Shown here piece after piece: positions 49,931 through 64,000 of a stretch of 64,000 bases of DNA (the stretch's first letter is position 1; each line of letters begins with the position of its first letter). The stretch spans positions 10,173,185 through 10,237,184 of the forward strand of contig NC_068990.1 of the NCBI RefSeq assembly GCF_001194135.2. The letters run 5' to 3'. The notes under the pieces are model-generated. The model worked only from the letters and a program-made list of their open reading frames with translations, was not told the DNA's origin and ran no database searches. Source of the stretch: Octopus bimaculoides (Eukaryota). Position numbers and translations under genes: made by a program.

Positions 49931-52900
49931 AACACACAAACACACACACACACATATAAGTATATGTATTAATATATTCGCTTGAGATAAAATGTTAATG
50001 GAAGGTTTGGCTCCAAACTTTCAGCCTCCCACGTAGATTTTTATATTCTTAGTGTGATGCAAGGATAAATTTAAGGAATTATTGAACTGTGCTGTATGGT
50101 TTTCATGAATTTATTATTTGATTATTTCTTTCTCATATTCATTGTATTGATGTTACCTACACTTGGAAAATGTCATATAAATAAATTATAATAATAGTTT
50201 AGAAATTAGTACAATATAAATTTTGAATATATGGCTTTACAAAATAGAAACAAAAATGCTAAGTAATATTTAAGCTAAGAACGGCACAAGGCTTCATTGT
50301 TTATATTATTTCCATTTTTACAGTGTATCTCTTACAGAGCATGATATTTGGTAATAATATTTAAGAATTTTATATATGTTAAAAACTCTATTATCACTGT
50401 ACGTAACGAACATGTTCATAGATCCCAATGGTGAAATTCTGCATAAGAAACGGAAATATATGTTTTCCATAAGAACAAATACATCCGCAGCATTAGAGAA
50501 ATAGACAAATGAATAGCAAAAAAAGAAGGTATAAAACAATAATAACGAGCGACACCATCTGGTTACTGAAAATTATACGAATGCTAGCAGCAAGTATTTT
50601 GGAAGGCAAACGTTAATGTTAGATGTAATGTAAAATTACACAAAGATATATCAATAAAAAGCGGTATTAAATATTATATGAATGCTTTTTGGTTTGGAGG
50701 GAAATAAGATGACTGAAAATAAAATATGGTATGAGTGAAGCAATAATCAAAAACAAATTGAAAATACATTTCCACTCGAAGGAATCAGGAAAAATGATTT
50801 GCGTTACAACTCTTGACAAAATTAAGTAGGATATCAGCAGGAATAAATGCTCTCTTTCGCACACGCGCGCACAATTATCATGGAATAATGTGGATTACGG
50901 AAAACAAATATTCAAAAGGATTATGTTGAAGATATATGCTATAGATTGCATAAGCGTATGGATCGTTTTGGGATTGCATGTATTTCAAATGTGACTCAAA
51001 TGTGTCCAAACTCCGTAAGGAATTTAACAATTAATATAACGTTCGGAAGAGATCCGAAAAATATTCAAATATTTTGCTTCGTAAATCTCTGTTAAACATT
51101 GTGTAAGTGAAGTAAATTCGATGTACGAGATTGGTTTCAAAATGCCTAATTCTGACTCATTTTACGAGCAACACACATTTATACAGTATGATATTTTGAT
51201 TTCCCTTATACCTACAGTCAATCAGAAATTAGATCCAAAAGATTTAATATAGTGAGTACATATGACAGTCACAGATTAAGGCAGAATGTCTTCTGTTGAC
51301 ATGAAAATAGTTTATTTGAAATAAAAATTGGGTGCATTTTATCGACTCGGGATGAACGAAATTCTAAAACCTAAAAATAAAGGATATTAATTCAGAGCTT
51401 AATAATTCCGAAGAAATTCTCGAAATTAAATATCTGTTGCTCTATTCGTTCAAACATGGAAGGAAATTATTGTAGTTAAAATTGCAAGTTGATTTATTAA
51501 AATGAATCTAAAACCATCATGTTTGCGTGACAAAATGTTCGATGTTGCTATATGACATTCATAACATTGCGCAAGGTACATGAAGTTTCTATAATTGTTC
51601 CAACTGCCAGTGAAACGTTTTTACTATATTGTATTACTATCAATAGGATTAAGTGGATTTCTATCTTTAATGCATGCGTATATTTGAAAACCATAAGCAT
51701 TCCACATTATACAATTAATATATGGTTATTGGATATTATATGTATACATTACTTTAGTATGTCTAAGTACGCGAAATGTAGTATATATGTAACAATAAAT
51801 GAATTGCAATTGAAGAATATAAAACACTATGCTACATAAAATGAATATGTTTAAATCATGATCTGCAAAATTCTAATTCCGTAAATAAAGAAATTAGAGG
51901 AAACAAATAGAAAAGAAGACGAAACAAGGAAAAGACGCAAGGTAGAATATGATGCAAATGTGTATGAAAATGAAATGACTTAATGAAAGTAAACAACACA
52001 ATGTACAAAATAATATAAACATAATTAAAGTTTGATAAGTAGATGGTTTATTAATTTATTAATGATTAATATATGTTATACAGATTTTAAAATATGCATA
52101 GAATTTGATGTAATATAAAGTAAAAAATGGAATTTGTATATTCATCAATTTTCGCATATGTTTTATAAAAGATATAATATTAAAAGACAAAATTTATAGT
52201 GTGATACGTATTTTGATTTGCTTTAGTTTAAGATGAATTAAAGTGATTTACGACGTAATTACCTAAGTTCAAAATGCAAACGTTCGATAATGGAAACTAC
52301 ATAATCAAATATAGAGAAGCACGAAAGGTTATATATTTAGCTATATTAAATCACGAAATAGTAATTTTTATACTCTTAAAATGTTGTATAAGCATATGCA
52401 TCAAAGTATAACACTAATGTTATGCATGTTTTAGTATAATTGTTGTCGAGAGTAATTAAGGAAATGCAGAAAGGTATTAAGAGCGCAGATAATCATGCAA
52501 AAATAATTAATGGATGTTTCTTTTTTTTTTTTGTCAATATAGCAGCAACATATTAAGCTTTCAGATTATCATTTCTGTGAGAACTGGGTGAATGTGTTTT
52601 CCTTTCATGTGGCATATTGTATTCATTTTGATGTTGATGAACATATACCTTCTTCCTTTGACCAAATCTATATTTAAATGTATTACTTTGTCCTGTGAAA
52701 TAACATATGTATTTCTATTGGTAGATTATGTATATCATATTATATAATCTGGCAAATTAGAATTAGTAATTAGGCACTTCTTCAATTTCGTACGTAAAAT
52801 GAATTGACTGTTCATATTTTTCAATGCGATGAAATAATTGTTAAAGCTTACCATAACAAATGCTTTTTTTATATATTGTTATTGCCTAATTTGAAGATAT

Positions 52901-55115
52901 ATTACAACATAAAGAATTATATGCTGTAGATTGAATAAATAGTATTAGGTGTGAGAAAAAGAAATGAACGAAAACTAAACATTAGAAATATACGCATTTA
53001 CAACTCGTTCAATGAAATAATAAATGTCCTAATTATTCACTGAGAAATCCTTCAGTAATTTCTTTTTTAAATCAGTAATATCGAGACATATCTGAATTTC
53101 ATCGACTTCAAATAATTGCAGCTTAATAAGATTAACAATCATCACAGCTGATATTTCGATTTTTCCTAATGCGATAAAAATTGAAAACAGGCCAATGTAA
53201 TTTTCTCATTGTATAATTTATCAAACATATAATCCAGATTCCCTACATTTTAACCGACATTTATTGCAATGAATTTATTCCCTCCTTAGTTTCAATATCT
53301 AGAAAGAAATCACCAGATATCTCTCAAGTACTTATGTATTGATATTTGTAAATACTTAAACAAATGTGTCGTGCTTAATGACCAAAGGGACTAAGGGGAA
53401 TATTTGATGTTATGCATAGAGTAATCCTAATGAAATATATTATGATCACATGTATTGCAACCAGCGTAAAAATATGATTATTAATGCCGTGATGAAAAGT
53501 TCTTAGTAGATCCACAGTCAATTTAATGATGTCTACAATCATTACAGCGAGGCTGACATGTGTAGTAGATTTTAAGATAAACTCTTAGCACAAACGATAC
53601 AGACAGGAAGACAAATAAAGACGAAGTTCCCAAATATACCGAAGAGGTAAGATTTAAATTACCCAAGAAAAAAATCCAATTCCCAATATTTGAAATACAT
53701 TTTCACAAGATATAAGAGTTTTATGAAATGTCTATAGATATTCCGATTCCACATTACCGGCGCTATAAAAAGTAAATGAGATCTATATTTTAAAAGCAAA
53801 TATTGTATAATGATAGTGATGTAACTTGCCACCATGTAGCATATATCAATTTTACATAGATTCTTTGTAAATTAGTTATCACTATTTGGCTCACTATATT
53901 CGCATTAATATAAGTAAGAGCCTAGATTTTTCTCAATTAAATTGCATTCATACTACACATGGCATTAGCACTAGAAAACCTCCGAATATTTCTTCCCAAA
54001 TAGTTTAAATGTTGGGGAAAAGACTATGGAGAATGGGTATAATTTCTAAGGTAAATTCCGTGTTTCTGGAATACATATTACATTAGAATTACAGAAAATA
54101 CCAAAATCAGGAGAGACCTAGTTCCCCATAGTGTACTTATCACGGAAAATAATTTTACAGCGTGGGCATCTCACATCGATATAGCTAAAACTGTAGCAGA
54201 TTACATTAGCTACGTTGTCTTGTCTTGAATCTGTGGTATTCTTTTCTTGAGCATTTAAATCATTTTAGGGCGTTTTGACCAGTAATTGTCTTTTGAGCTA
54301 TACACTTGCCATGTATTTCCTTGAAAAGCATAGCTGGTTTATTTGAGGATGCCATTCAGATTCTGGTCGAATTCTGGTTTAAGCACCCAGAAGATGCAAA
54401 TAATTCTATTTTTTTGGAATTTCCTGCAAACTTTTGTGAATTTCTGTTCTACACGCTAGACTTTATATGATTATGCAGCATTTAGCTATTGATTCAGCAT
54501 ATCGCATGACCACCCGAGACCTTCCTCGTGTCATTGTTACTCTGACATGTATTGATGTTTTTAAATGCTTCCTTCGCATAAAAGCATGTGATGATATGAT
54601 GATGCAGTGATGTGTAGTCCATTACTGGGATTTAGGCTAAGGATTCTGTCTGTATTTTAACCTAATTTTTAAAGAAAATTCAAGAATGGAAGTGTTAGGA
54701 TTTGTAGAGCCGATTCGGGTGGGAGGAGATGAAAGTAAAATTAATTTTTTCATGATCGTATGAATTATATTGTGTACAAATCATATTTGCAAAAGTTTTC
54801 TAAAAATTCCGAGGAAAAAATGTTACGAGAGATTATATGGGATAATAAAACCAGAATTCCACCCAGGATCTTGTTTTGAAACTTGTTCTTGTTGTTATTT
54901 AAAAAATGATCGTGTCGCACGGTTTGAATCTGTACTGCAAGTTTAGATACAGTACTTTCTCTCTGTGGGCATATATGGGAAATATCGTAATCTAATAATA
55001 AAATGGTTTAACATCTGCTAGAGAAGCACGAACGCACAATGAATGCTTTTGAAGTGTAACTGACGATAAATGTAGACGCTTGAGAATCTAGTCAAAAGAG
55101 AGAGAGGTGTAAGTC

Positions 55116-55117
55116 TG

Positions 55118-55155
<38 letters not shown>

Positions 55156-55216
55156 AGTATGTCTCTATGTCAGTCTGTCAGTCTGTCTGTCTGTCAGTCT
55201 GTCTGTCTGTCTGTCT
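55116..55216. repeat. (CTAT)n/(CTGT)n tetranucleotide tract
   Basis: Directly visible; similar tracts at ~10025-10080 and ~34070-34125. Confidence 0.9.
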
Positions 55217-58200
55217 GTGTTGTTTATAAGCTATTATATGTATATACATATGTACACTCATATAGAAACTCGTAAAATGGAGAAAATAAATAAGACTAGA
55301 AAAAGGCTATACCTTTCTTAAATTTGCTTACAATGCAAGAGAGACGGAAAGTAACACGCTCTATTGATATCGTGAAGCGGAAATGTAGAAGGTTAAATAA
55401 AATATCACAAAGCTCTATTTTCTGTTGTGTACATAATTCACACGTGACAAAATCTCTGAAGAACTTTCAACGAGAGAAAATTGTTATTCAAAACAGTTAT
55501 TTTTCTTTGTCCCAATTTTATTTTTCATGTGTCATAATCCATTAACTTAAAATGCTTATGAATACACTGAGTGGATGAACGTAATTTTTAAGTACCGTAT
55601 TCATTTAAATAATTTGTTGAACACTTATATTATTTAAGTTGCTTGGCTCCAAGAAACTTGACTCACGAACTGCGTCATTAAATGAGTACATTCAAAGTCT
55701 ACATTACGAAAATCTACCATACGAAATCTCTTTTCTACTCATTGGGAATTAAGCTAATGCAATCATCGAAGAGGTCTTATATCAGCTAAACAAATGTTCA
55801 CTAACAGATTAGAACCCATTTTAATTTCTATGATATCCCTATGATGCATCATAACTTGCATCAAAATACCGTTTTGTTTTGTGCTTTAGTGACATATCGA
55901 CAATTTTTATTCAACCTAAAGTGACTTGGGTATCAAATACAAAGGTGCTTTTAAATATAATTATTGATGTTGGGTAAAGTACACTATGTCCTTTAGAAAA
56001 ATGTACGATCATTGTGTTAACGAATTTCATCTAGGTTTTTGTAAACAACAGCGTGTAGTATAATCTGCGTTGACAATTTTGACATGAATAAGATATTACT
56101 TTTATTTACATACGTAATTGATTTATAAATATTTCGTATTGACATTGCTGGTACGTTCACAAACATATTATTGTAGGTAAAGCAGATGCACATAGCACAT
56201 ATACACACTGACACACACACACGCATATACATGTATATACGAAGACATAAATACACACTCAGATGCATGCATTCACGCATACTTATATACATTCATATAT
56301 GTGTGTGTATGTGTGCTTGTGTGTGTGTGTGTTTGTGTGTGTGTTTGTGTGTGTGTGTATGTGTATAGTTTGATATGTCATATCTTCATAACCCTTGTTA
56401 ATTGCACTTACTTTTCTAGAACATAAGTACAAGTAATGATCTATACTTTTCATTTCAGATTATAGTCCTATTTCTTGTACTAATGACTAAGATTCTAGTG
56501 TTGTTGAATTGGAAAATACGTTGTTGTATTGTTTGAGCTCCAATACTTTAGGCCAATAGCCTGCTTGTTCAGAGGCGCATGTGATGAAAAGCCATCACTG
56601 TAGAATAAATGATAATGAGTTCAAGCCATCCAAGTATTAGACCAACGCCACACCTCAACTACTATGTTAACGTAAACAACATTTAAGCTTACATACGTTA
56701 TAATTCTGCAATATTAAAAATGTTAACAGATATCTTTTAGTAGGATATTATATACGTATGATACGTGGACAAATATAGTTTTCAATCTACACATATTTGT
56801 ATCACCACTCACGTGGAAAAATAGTGAGCTGTAAAAATGTGCACGTATAAGATGCGAGTTGATAAATTTTATGAGATAATTGGATCAAATACAAAATGAA
56901 AATTGATGTGTGCACTTCCTATACAATTAAGTATATTATTGATTTCCTGCGTTTCTTAATTAGGTGTTTAGATAACTATATTACTAAAGATATAAACATA
57001 CTCATGCACAGCTACGTGAACAGCCATTAGATTACTAAGATGTATAAATATTTATGAATAAACATACATTAAATGTAGCAATTGCATACGAATATATCGG
57101 GAATGGACTTTATCCTAACGTATTCAATGATAGATTGCAGTAAGGTAAATATTCTCGTGTTACTACCAATCTATTAAACATATACATAAATAAAGTATAC
57201 TTAAAGGTAAGTTTGGTAGAATAGAATTTAGACATATGACAATTATTAATTATGACTGAGATTCGTTCCTAGAATCAACATAGATGCATATTTAAGCGTG
57301 GTTTTAAAATGGTGGTTAATAAGAGTAGAGACGATAAGTCATGGTTACGTTCCCCACATGTCTGTATTTCAGAGCATAAGACAGAAAAGGGCAGGTTAAG
57401 AAAACCCTGTAACAGTTGTAACTATGCATGTGTGCTTCTGAAGATGATTCTATAGCCTTTGAATTTTTGTTCGACAGTGGTTAATATGTAACCTTACTAA
57501 TGCATGCTCTCAGTTGCGCTTCTTGACATAACGCACTTACATATGGGAACTTACTTGAACATTCAGGATATGCTTGCATAAGTTTCTTGATACCACTGTT
57601 CGATTTCACAAGTTTCATGTTAAAGCATTGTATCCATGTAAATCTTCGCAAATAATTCTGATTATTCTGGGGAAAAATGATATCGTTTGAGGTCGAGTCT
57701 TAGCAAAGCAATGGATTAGCATTTGTTAGCGTCAAAGTATATTTAACTTTCAAAGTATATGTAACTGCCCACGCACGCACTAACAAATAAACAGACACAC
57801 TCTCTCTCCTATTCTCTCTCTCTCTCACATAAACACAGACACGCACATACAAGCACATACACATGCACACGCACACATATAAAACGCAAAGAAAAGTATG
57901 CATTTGTCTCTGGCTTGTATATATATCTAAAGAAAATATACATCTGCAAAAAATATATAAATTATGTACACAGATACAAAAAGAAACAGATATATATATA
58001 TATGGAAAAATTCCTACAAGATTTATAACATGGAAAACTTTATATAAATAAATAACCGAGGATGTAATGATACTGTTGTTGCTGTTTTGTTTTCCTTTCG
58101 CGAATGGTAAAGTGTTTGTTTGATGTATAATTAAACCAAAAGCAATTCTTGTTGATTAAGAATGTCATAGTAGAAATAAAAGAAACAAGTCAAAACTACA

Positions 58201-58873
58201 GAAGAATCTAATTAGTGCTTTAATTTAATAAAGTGTTTGGTAAATTACAAACAAAATATGGAGCAAGATTCGGAAAAAAATCTTCTCATTAACGGTAAGA
58301 ATAGAAATGTAGCAAACTTGTTGTACTCTACATCTAGATGTAAAACTGCAATTTGCGCGGCTTCCTTAAAGTTCGCCTCCTGTCTTAAAATATTATATTT
58401 TATTATATTATTTTGTTTTATTGTGAAATAACAGGGTAGTTTGTATTCTGTTGTTTGTATTATTACTTGTGGAATCTAGAGTTGTTACGCTCTAGACAAC
58501 AGCTTCTGTTTGGGCAATTTTGTTGTAAATGCAGCCTTTTGATGTTTGCTCTTAATTAGAGTGATTAACCTGGCAAGTTAATCATTCAAAAATGAATAAA
58601 AATCTATAACTACATATGTATATATATGCACACTGATATGTATGCATGTATATATTATACGTGCATATATATATATATGTATGTATATATATGTGTGTGT
58701 GTGTGTGTGCACGTATATTTGTGCACACGCATACACACACGTATGTATGTATGTGTGTATATATGCATGTATTTATATACTCAACACACTCAGACGCACG
58801 TACGCTCACAAACACACTCCGTTCTGCTCTTTCTGTCTTAATTATTGCTTCTGTTTAACTTTACTTTCACAGC

Positions 58874-58910
<37 letters not shown>

Positions 58911-60112
58911 CTCTTTCTTTCTCTCTCTCTCTCTGCCTGACTTATACCATAGAAATAGTGACTCCACAAAGTATACTACTACGGCAATAGTGTTCATGGC
59001 CTGCGTCATTAACTCAAAGCATATGTAGATAAATCTGTTTAGAAATCTCAACTACTCAACTTTTATTTCGATTATTTGGTTAATTTAATTAGTGGTTGCC
59101 AAGTAAAACTATGGTACATGGCAAAAGAGAGTTTTCCTGTTATCAGCGGTTCCTTATGAAATATCTTTCTTCCAATTACTTTAACGAAAATACGTGGCTC
59201 TATATTTTATAAAGTTTTCTTCTCTGAAATGCACTTATAGTCACGTCTTAGCAGGTGTATAAGCAGACTTTTTCTGCTGTAATATTTCACAGACATAATG
59301 CTGTAAAAAGAGGTATCTCTATATAACTAGATACAGGTAAGAAATGAAGTTGATTTTCAAAATAATGTTCATCACAATACTGCAAAAATAAGCCGTGAAC
59401 ATTCCGGACCAGTCCAAAAGCTTAAGATACAAATAAATGCTAAATTGTCTTTTGGTTACACAAAAGTTGAGTATACATGAAATCTTTAGCATATGGTTAT
59501 GGGTGCACACTCTCTGGTGGACTATGATGAATCTTCATACCATTGTACTGTTTAAGATTGCAACGTATTATTTGTAAGCAAGAAAGCATATTATGCATTA
59601 AAATACGTCATTCAGACGTGCAGTCTCAAAAACATCAGATAGGAATATAGTACATATATTATCTGCTGCAATATCGTATTTCTGTCAATAACTATTATCA
59701 TATATGTCAATTTGAAATATCAAGTAGTCTCTTCAACATCTGTCACATGCCTATAAGTCTCGTCATATAATTCGTGATCCAAAGCAATATGTTCTTACAT
59801 CTGTGTTGAAGTGAAAGCTCTGTAGCGGATTGATCTGCGATATGTTGCTCTACATTCTATTTAAAAATGAAATTAATATCACAATACGCTGGCTATTCCT
59901 TAGAATGCCCTTACATATACACCAGATACAATCACTTTTGATATGATCGGTACAGGTGTTTGTTAGCTTTATTTACATGCAGGTTTAGTAGTAGAGAGTA
60001 AAAAAATGTACGAGAAAACAGGATTCAATGAGTGTTCTGTGGGTAATTTTGCTCCACAATTATTGTGTAATTCTAATGAAATAAGTCGAAATTCGAGAAC
60101 AAGAATTTACAT

Positions 60113-60433
60113 AGGCGCAGGAGTGTCTAAGTGTTAAGTAGCGTGCTTACCAACCACGTGGTCCCGTGGCACCCTGGGCAAGTGTCTTCTACTATACCCT
60201 CGGACCGACCAAAGCCTTGTGAGTGGATTTGGTAGACAGAAACTGAAAGAAACCCGTCGCATATATGTGTGTGTGTGTGATTCCACGACACCATCGCTTA
60301 ACAACCGATGTTGGTATGTTCAAGTCCCTGTAAATAGTGGTTCGGCAAAAGACCAGAGTGGATAGGTACTGGACTTACAAAGAATAAGTCCCGGGGTAGA
60401 TTTGTTCGAATAAAGGCGGTGCTCCAACATGAC
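60113..60433 (+). mobile_element. tRNA-derived SINE family 3
   Basis: aggcgcaggagtg...gtgtcttctactata...gaccaaagccttgtgagtggatttggtagac.gaaactgaaagaa...ggcggtgctcca; reverse complement of 36626-36942; the B-box region is deleted. Confidence 0.85.
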
Positions 60434-61861
60434 AAATTAAAGAATAAACGAATATTAAACAGACTTAGAAGAATGAAAAAAAAGGCAATAGGTTTCACTT
60501 AAATAATGGATCTCAATAGGAAAGGATCAACAATTGCATTAAATAAGCTTCAAATACAATGGCGGTGGATGCACAACCTGTGAATTGATTCGCAAATAAT
60601 ATCAAAAGCTATTGCATTTTCAGCAATATAAAACCAGAAATAAATGACATAGAGAGAGGGAATTCCGTTTCTTCAATTTGGATAAAAGTCGCTCGTCTTT
60701 TTTTCAGTCTTATCTCATGTAGCACGACTGAATGTCCCAAAGGAGCTTCAAGGTCATTTGAACTCTAAGTAATGGAGACTTTCATCATCTGTTTGCACAA
60801 GATGAAATATAAACTAATGGCTAACTGCCTTACGTTAGCGACTAACCGAAATATGTGATCCAAATATCAAATTTGATTTCTGCAATTCAATATCACCTCA
60901 CAGGTATATCTGCAAACATATGTCAAATGGGCATTAGGCAGCAATCCGTGTTCTGTCGCAGCAAGCGGGTAGGAATGTAGTTACCAAATTCCAGTAGTGA
61001 CAGGAGAGCACTAGCATTAGATTTAACTAGAGTATTTTCTATTTCTCCAACTCACAAAACACACTAGCATACAACAGGCTACATCCAGCCGGGCACAGGG
61101 TTTTTAGTTTCCCTTCAAGCAAATGTTAAATGCCAACGCTGAAACTTAAATGCACTCAAAACTTTCATAATGCTGTACGAGGTAAACGCCTACGATCCAT
61201 TTGCATAAAAGGTTACTCAATCCACATGTGCATTCCCATTATATGAAGAATAACAAACAGCAGATACGATGGATCATGATTTTTGTAGTTTTTGAATGCC
61301 AATCCGACATCAGTTATGACAGCGCTACTGATTTAATGCATAACGTGAACAGGGAACAGTTCTTTTTCCTTCAGAGAATATTTTAGATTTTTCACAGAAA
61401 GAAAGAAACACTTGATAAGTACGGAACTGGTCAGTCTTGACGACATTTGTTACTTTGATATCACAACATCCTTAATGTTATTACGAATTTTATTTTCCAG
61501 TCTCTTTAGCCATTTTTCCTTATAACCTCAGCATAAAGGTGCAAATAAAATTTATAATCAGCTTGACCCTTTCTTCTCTGTATTTTTATTTAATTATAAT
61601 GGTATTTTGTCAGGGTCTAACTTTGTCTGTAAACAACTGAAAATCACTCATTGTTTTGGTTATGCATTTCGCACAGTGACTGAAATGAGTGTAGGATGTA
61701 GCGACGGATGATTTAAACAATCACCTAAGGAGACGCATTTAACAACTTCGTGGGACAATAATTATCACACAATATTTCACCAAAGTTCTACAGTTTAAAA
61801 ATGTGTTGATATAAAATGTGTGATTTTTAACATGTGATTTTAAATATATTATGTCACTCAT

Positions 61862-61937
61862 TTCATTTGTTAGTCTCATGGTATTCAAGCATGGTATTCA
61901 TTTGTTAGTCTCATGGTATTCTCATGGTATTCAAGCC
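61862..61937. repeat. Nested short tandem duplication (25-bp unit x2; catggtattc x4)
   Basis: ttcatttgttagtctcatggtattc at 61862 and 61897; catggtattc at 61877, 61890, 61912 and 61923. Confidence 0.9.
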
Positions 61938-62058
61938 GTATATGCAGCAGCAGGAGCATTTCTGCTGTATCATGATATCACATAGTCGATACCTGCAAAT
62001 GAGATTTGCTTTACCCGAATCTTATTTCACTATATATGTATGTATATATATATATATA

Positions 62059-62176
62059 TGGGAGAATTTACGAAAAAAAAACAACAGACGAAGACAGGTG
62101 GTGTAAACAACAAATGGATGTATTAGTTTAACACTCGTGAACAGAGAAAGTCTTTGACGTTTCGAGCCTACGCTCT
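62059..62176 (-). mobile_element. Penelope-like terminal repeat remnant with a truncated hammerhead
   Basis: Minus strand agaGAGCgtagGCTC-GAAACGTC-aaagac shows the minimal palindromic stem III and GUC typical of PLE type I hammerheads. The CUGA part is replaced by (CA)n. Confidence 0.5.
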
Positions 62177-63683
62177 ACACTCACACACACACCTGTGTAT
62201 GCATATATATATACATATGTATACACACACACATATATATACATATGTGTACATAAATATAGATATGTGTATATATTTATATATGCGTGTATATATCTAT
62301 ATATATAGATATATACACACAATTGCAGCGTGAAGGGTTTTCATCAGTCATTAAAAACAAAACCAGGAAACCATTATATTCACTTTAAGATTTAAATTAT
62401 ATGTTTGTGTGTGTGTGTGTGTTCTCTTTTTTTAATCTTGTTTATTTGTAATGAGAATGTGAAGTCTAAATAAAAATAAGCAGCACGTAATAGATTAATA
62501 GTATTGGAAAATATTTGGAGTACTGAAATGCCTGACGTGATGTCCAACCGTTTCAGATTGTAAGTTAAATTATTTGATCAAAACAGATACCAGTTTCTAA
62601 CAGCTAAATACTTGCAATTATGTCGCGGAGCATGTTCACGCAATTCATGCCTACATTTTAATCTGCCTTTGTCAAATTCTTTCTGCTCCCTTTTCTCTAA
62701 TGCTTTTGAATAAAGGATTGTATAGTCGCTCTATCGTTTAAACTGCAATACGGTTACGATATCCCATTGAGTACGAGAATGACAAAATCCAATAGAATTG
62801 TAGAATAATCTCGTTCACTCAGAGAAAGTATCCATTTCGGATTAAACAGGTGAGATTTTTAATCCTTTGCACATTTATTCGAGGAATATTTGTTTAGTGT
62901 TTGATCTTAAGCCATCATCAGATCCTTCTGTTTCCCTCTGTTAACTTTTGCTACTCAGCCACTTTTGTGGTGAGTCACGAATGTTCACAAACATTCTTTT
63001 ATCTGATGAACTGCAAATATATATGATTTTTTTCTAATTTTACTCTTTTTCGAAGATTTTTCTTTTCGTGTTGTTTTTCTGCTCACGCCAACCACCATTA
63101 CTTACAACCTTTTACTTATACATGGATGGTAATTCGTTTTTACTGAAACGCTCCACATCTAATGTATCTCATCCGTATTTCGTTCTAGTCAACATGCAAA
63201 CATTGCTACAAGCTATAAAAACTACTTCCCATATATTCATTGCGTATGTGAAATTTTTTAAAATTATGCGTTGCAATGCATAATGTAATAGTCTCAAACA
63301 ACGATTGTTTTCAAGAACTAGCAAAATCCATATTGGGGCCCATTACATCAGGTAATTTGTTATTTGCTCTAAACTTCGCATTTTATCTCTTATTTATTAA
63401 AGATAGACAATTCTATCTTAAGATGAGTTTAAGAACCAGGTAATCACCGGGATCTATTTAGTCGAACGACCATTCCTTAATGAAATACGCACAGTTTCGG
63501 ACGTGCCGTGTGGACAAGTTTACATTCTCGGGTATAGCTCCATACTCGCCGTTAATTCTTTCGTTGTTGTATTGCATAACGATTTCATGAGTCGTTCGTG
63601 GTTTTCCCACAAGAGTTGTTATTGAGATACAATCACTTTTTCCCTCTCATTATTTGTATATACAAGTGAACATGTATGTACAT

Positions 63684-63716
<33 letters not shown>

Positions 63717-63756
63717 CATACATCCACACACACACACACGCACAAACACACACGCC

Positions 63757-63807
<51 letters not shown>

Positions 63808-64000
63808 AGGTGTGAGAAAGTTGGTATGTGAAAGCACGTGGTTGGATGTATAAAAGATAATAAGAGTGAAAAAACTACAGAAGACTTGTGTTACATGGTT
63901 AAAGTATATATTTAAATCATGTCAGAAAAATGTTATAAAATTTTTTGGGTATATAAACATTGTATTTGGAGAAATAACCGGTGTCGTGTTGTCTTTTCAA

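Overview
AT-rich eukaryotic scaffold with about 14 N-gaps (largest ~11432-12127, 13881-14524, 25256-25788, 40144-40770, 45542-46055), most of them bordered by (TA)n/(AG)n tracts. The microsatellite load and tRNA-derived SINE families look like a cephalopod (Octopus-like) draft genome; this is inference from recalled repeat families. No protein-coding gene can be supported with confidence. Nearly all listed ORFs are microsatellite or N artefacts, or out-of-frame readings of decayed transposons. Recognisable content: three or four tRNA-SINE families; Tc1/mariner remnants (a near-full mariner, an internally deleted mariner, two maT-like pieces, a 131-bp MITE); non-LTR retrotransposon remnants (R4/Dong-like RLE, RTE/Rex3-like, Tx1/L1-like, an APE fragment); and Penelope-like remnants, one carrying a type I hammerhead-like motif (40013-40060). 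The most unusual structure is at 22018-23692: a ~510-bp tandem repeat arranged head-to-head. Each unit contains a hammerhead-like fold, the inversion junction lies 4 nt from the predicted self-cleavage site, and both outer ends stop at the same unit position. This is a candidate retrozyme-like (ribozyme-bearing, RNA-mobilised) repeat.
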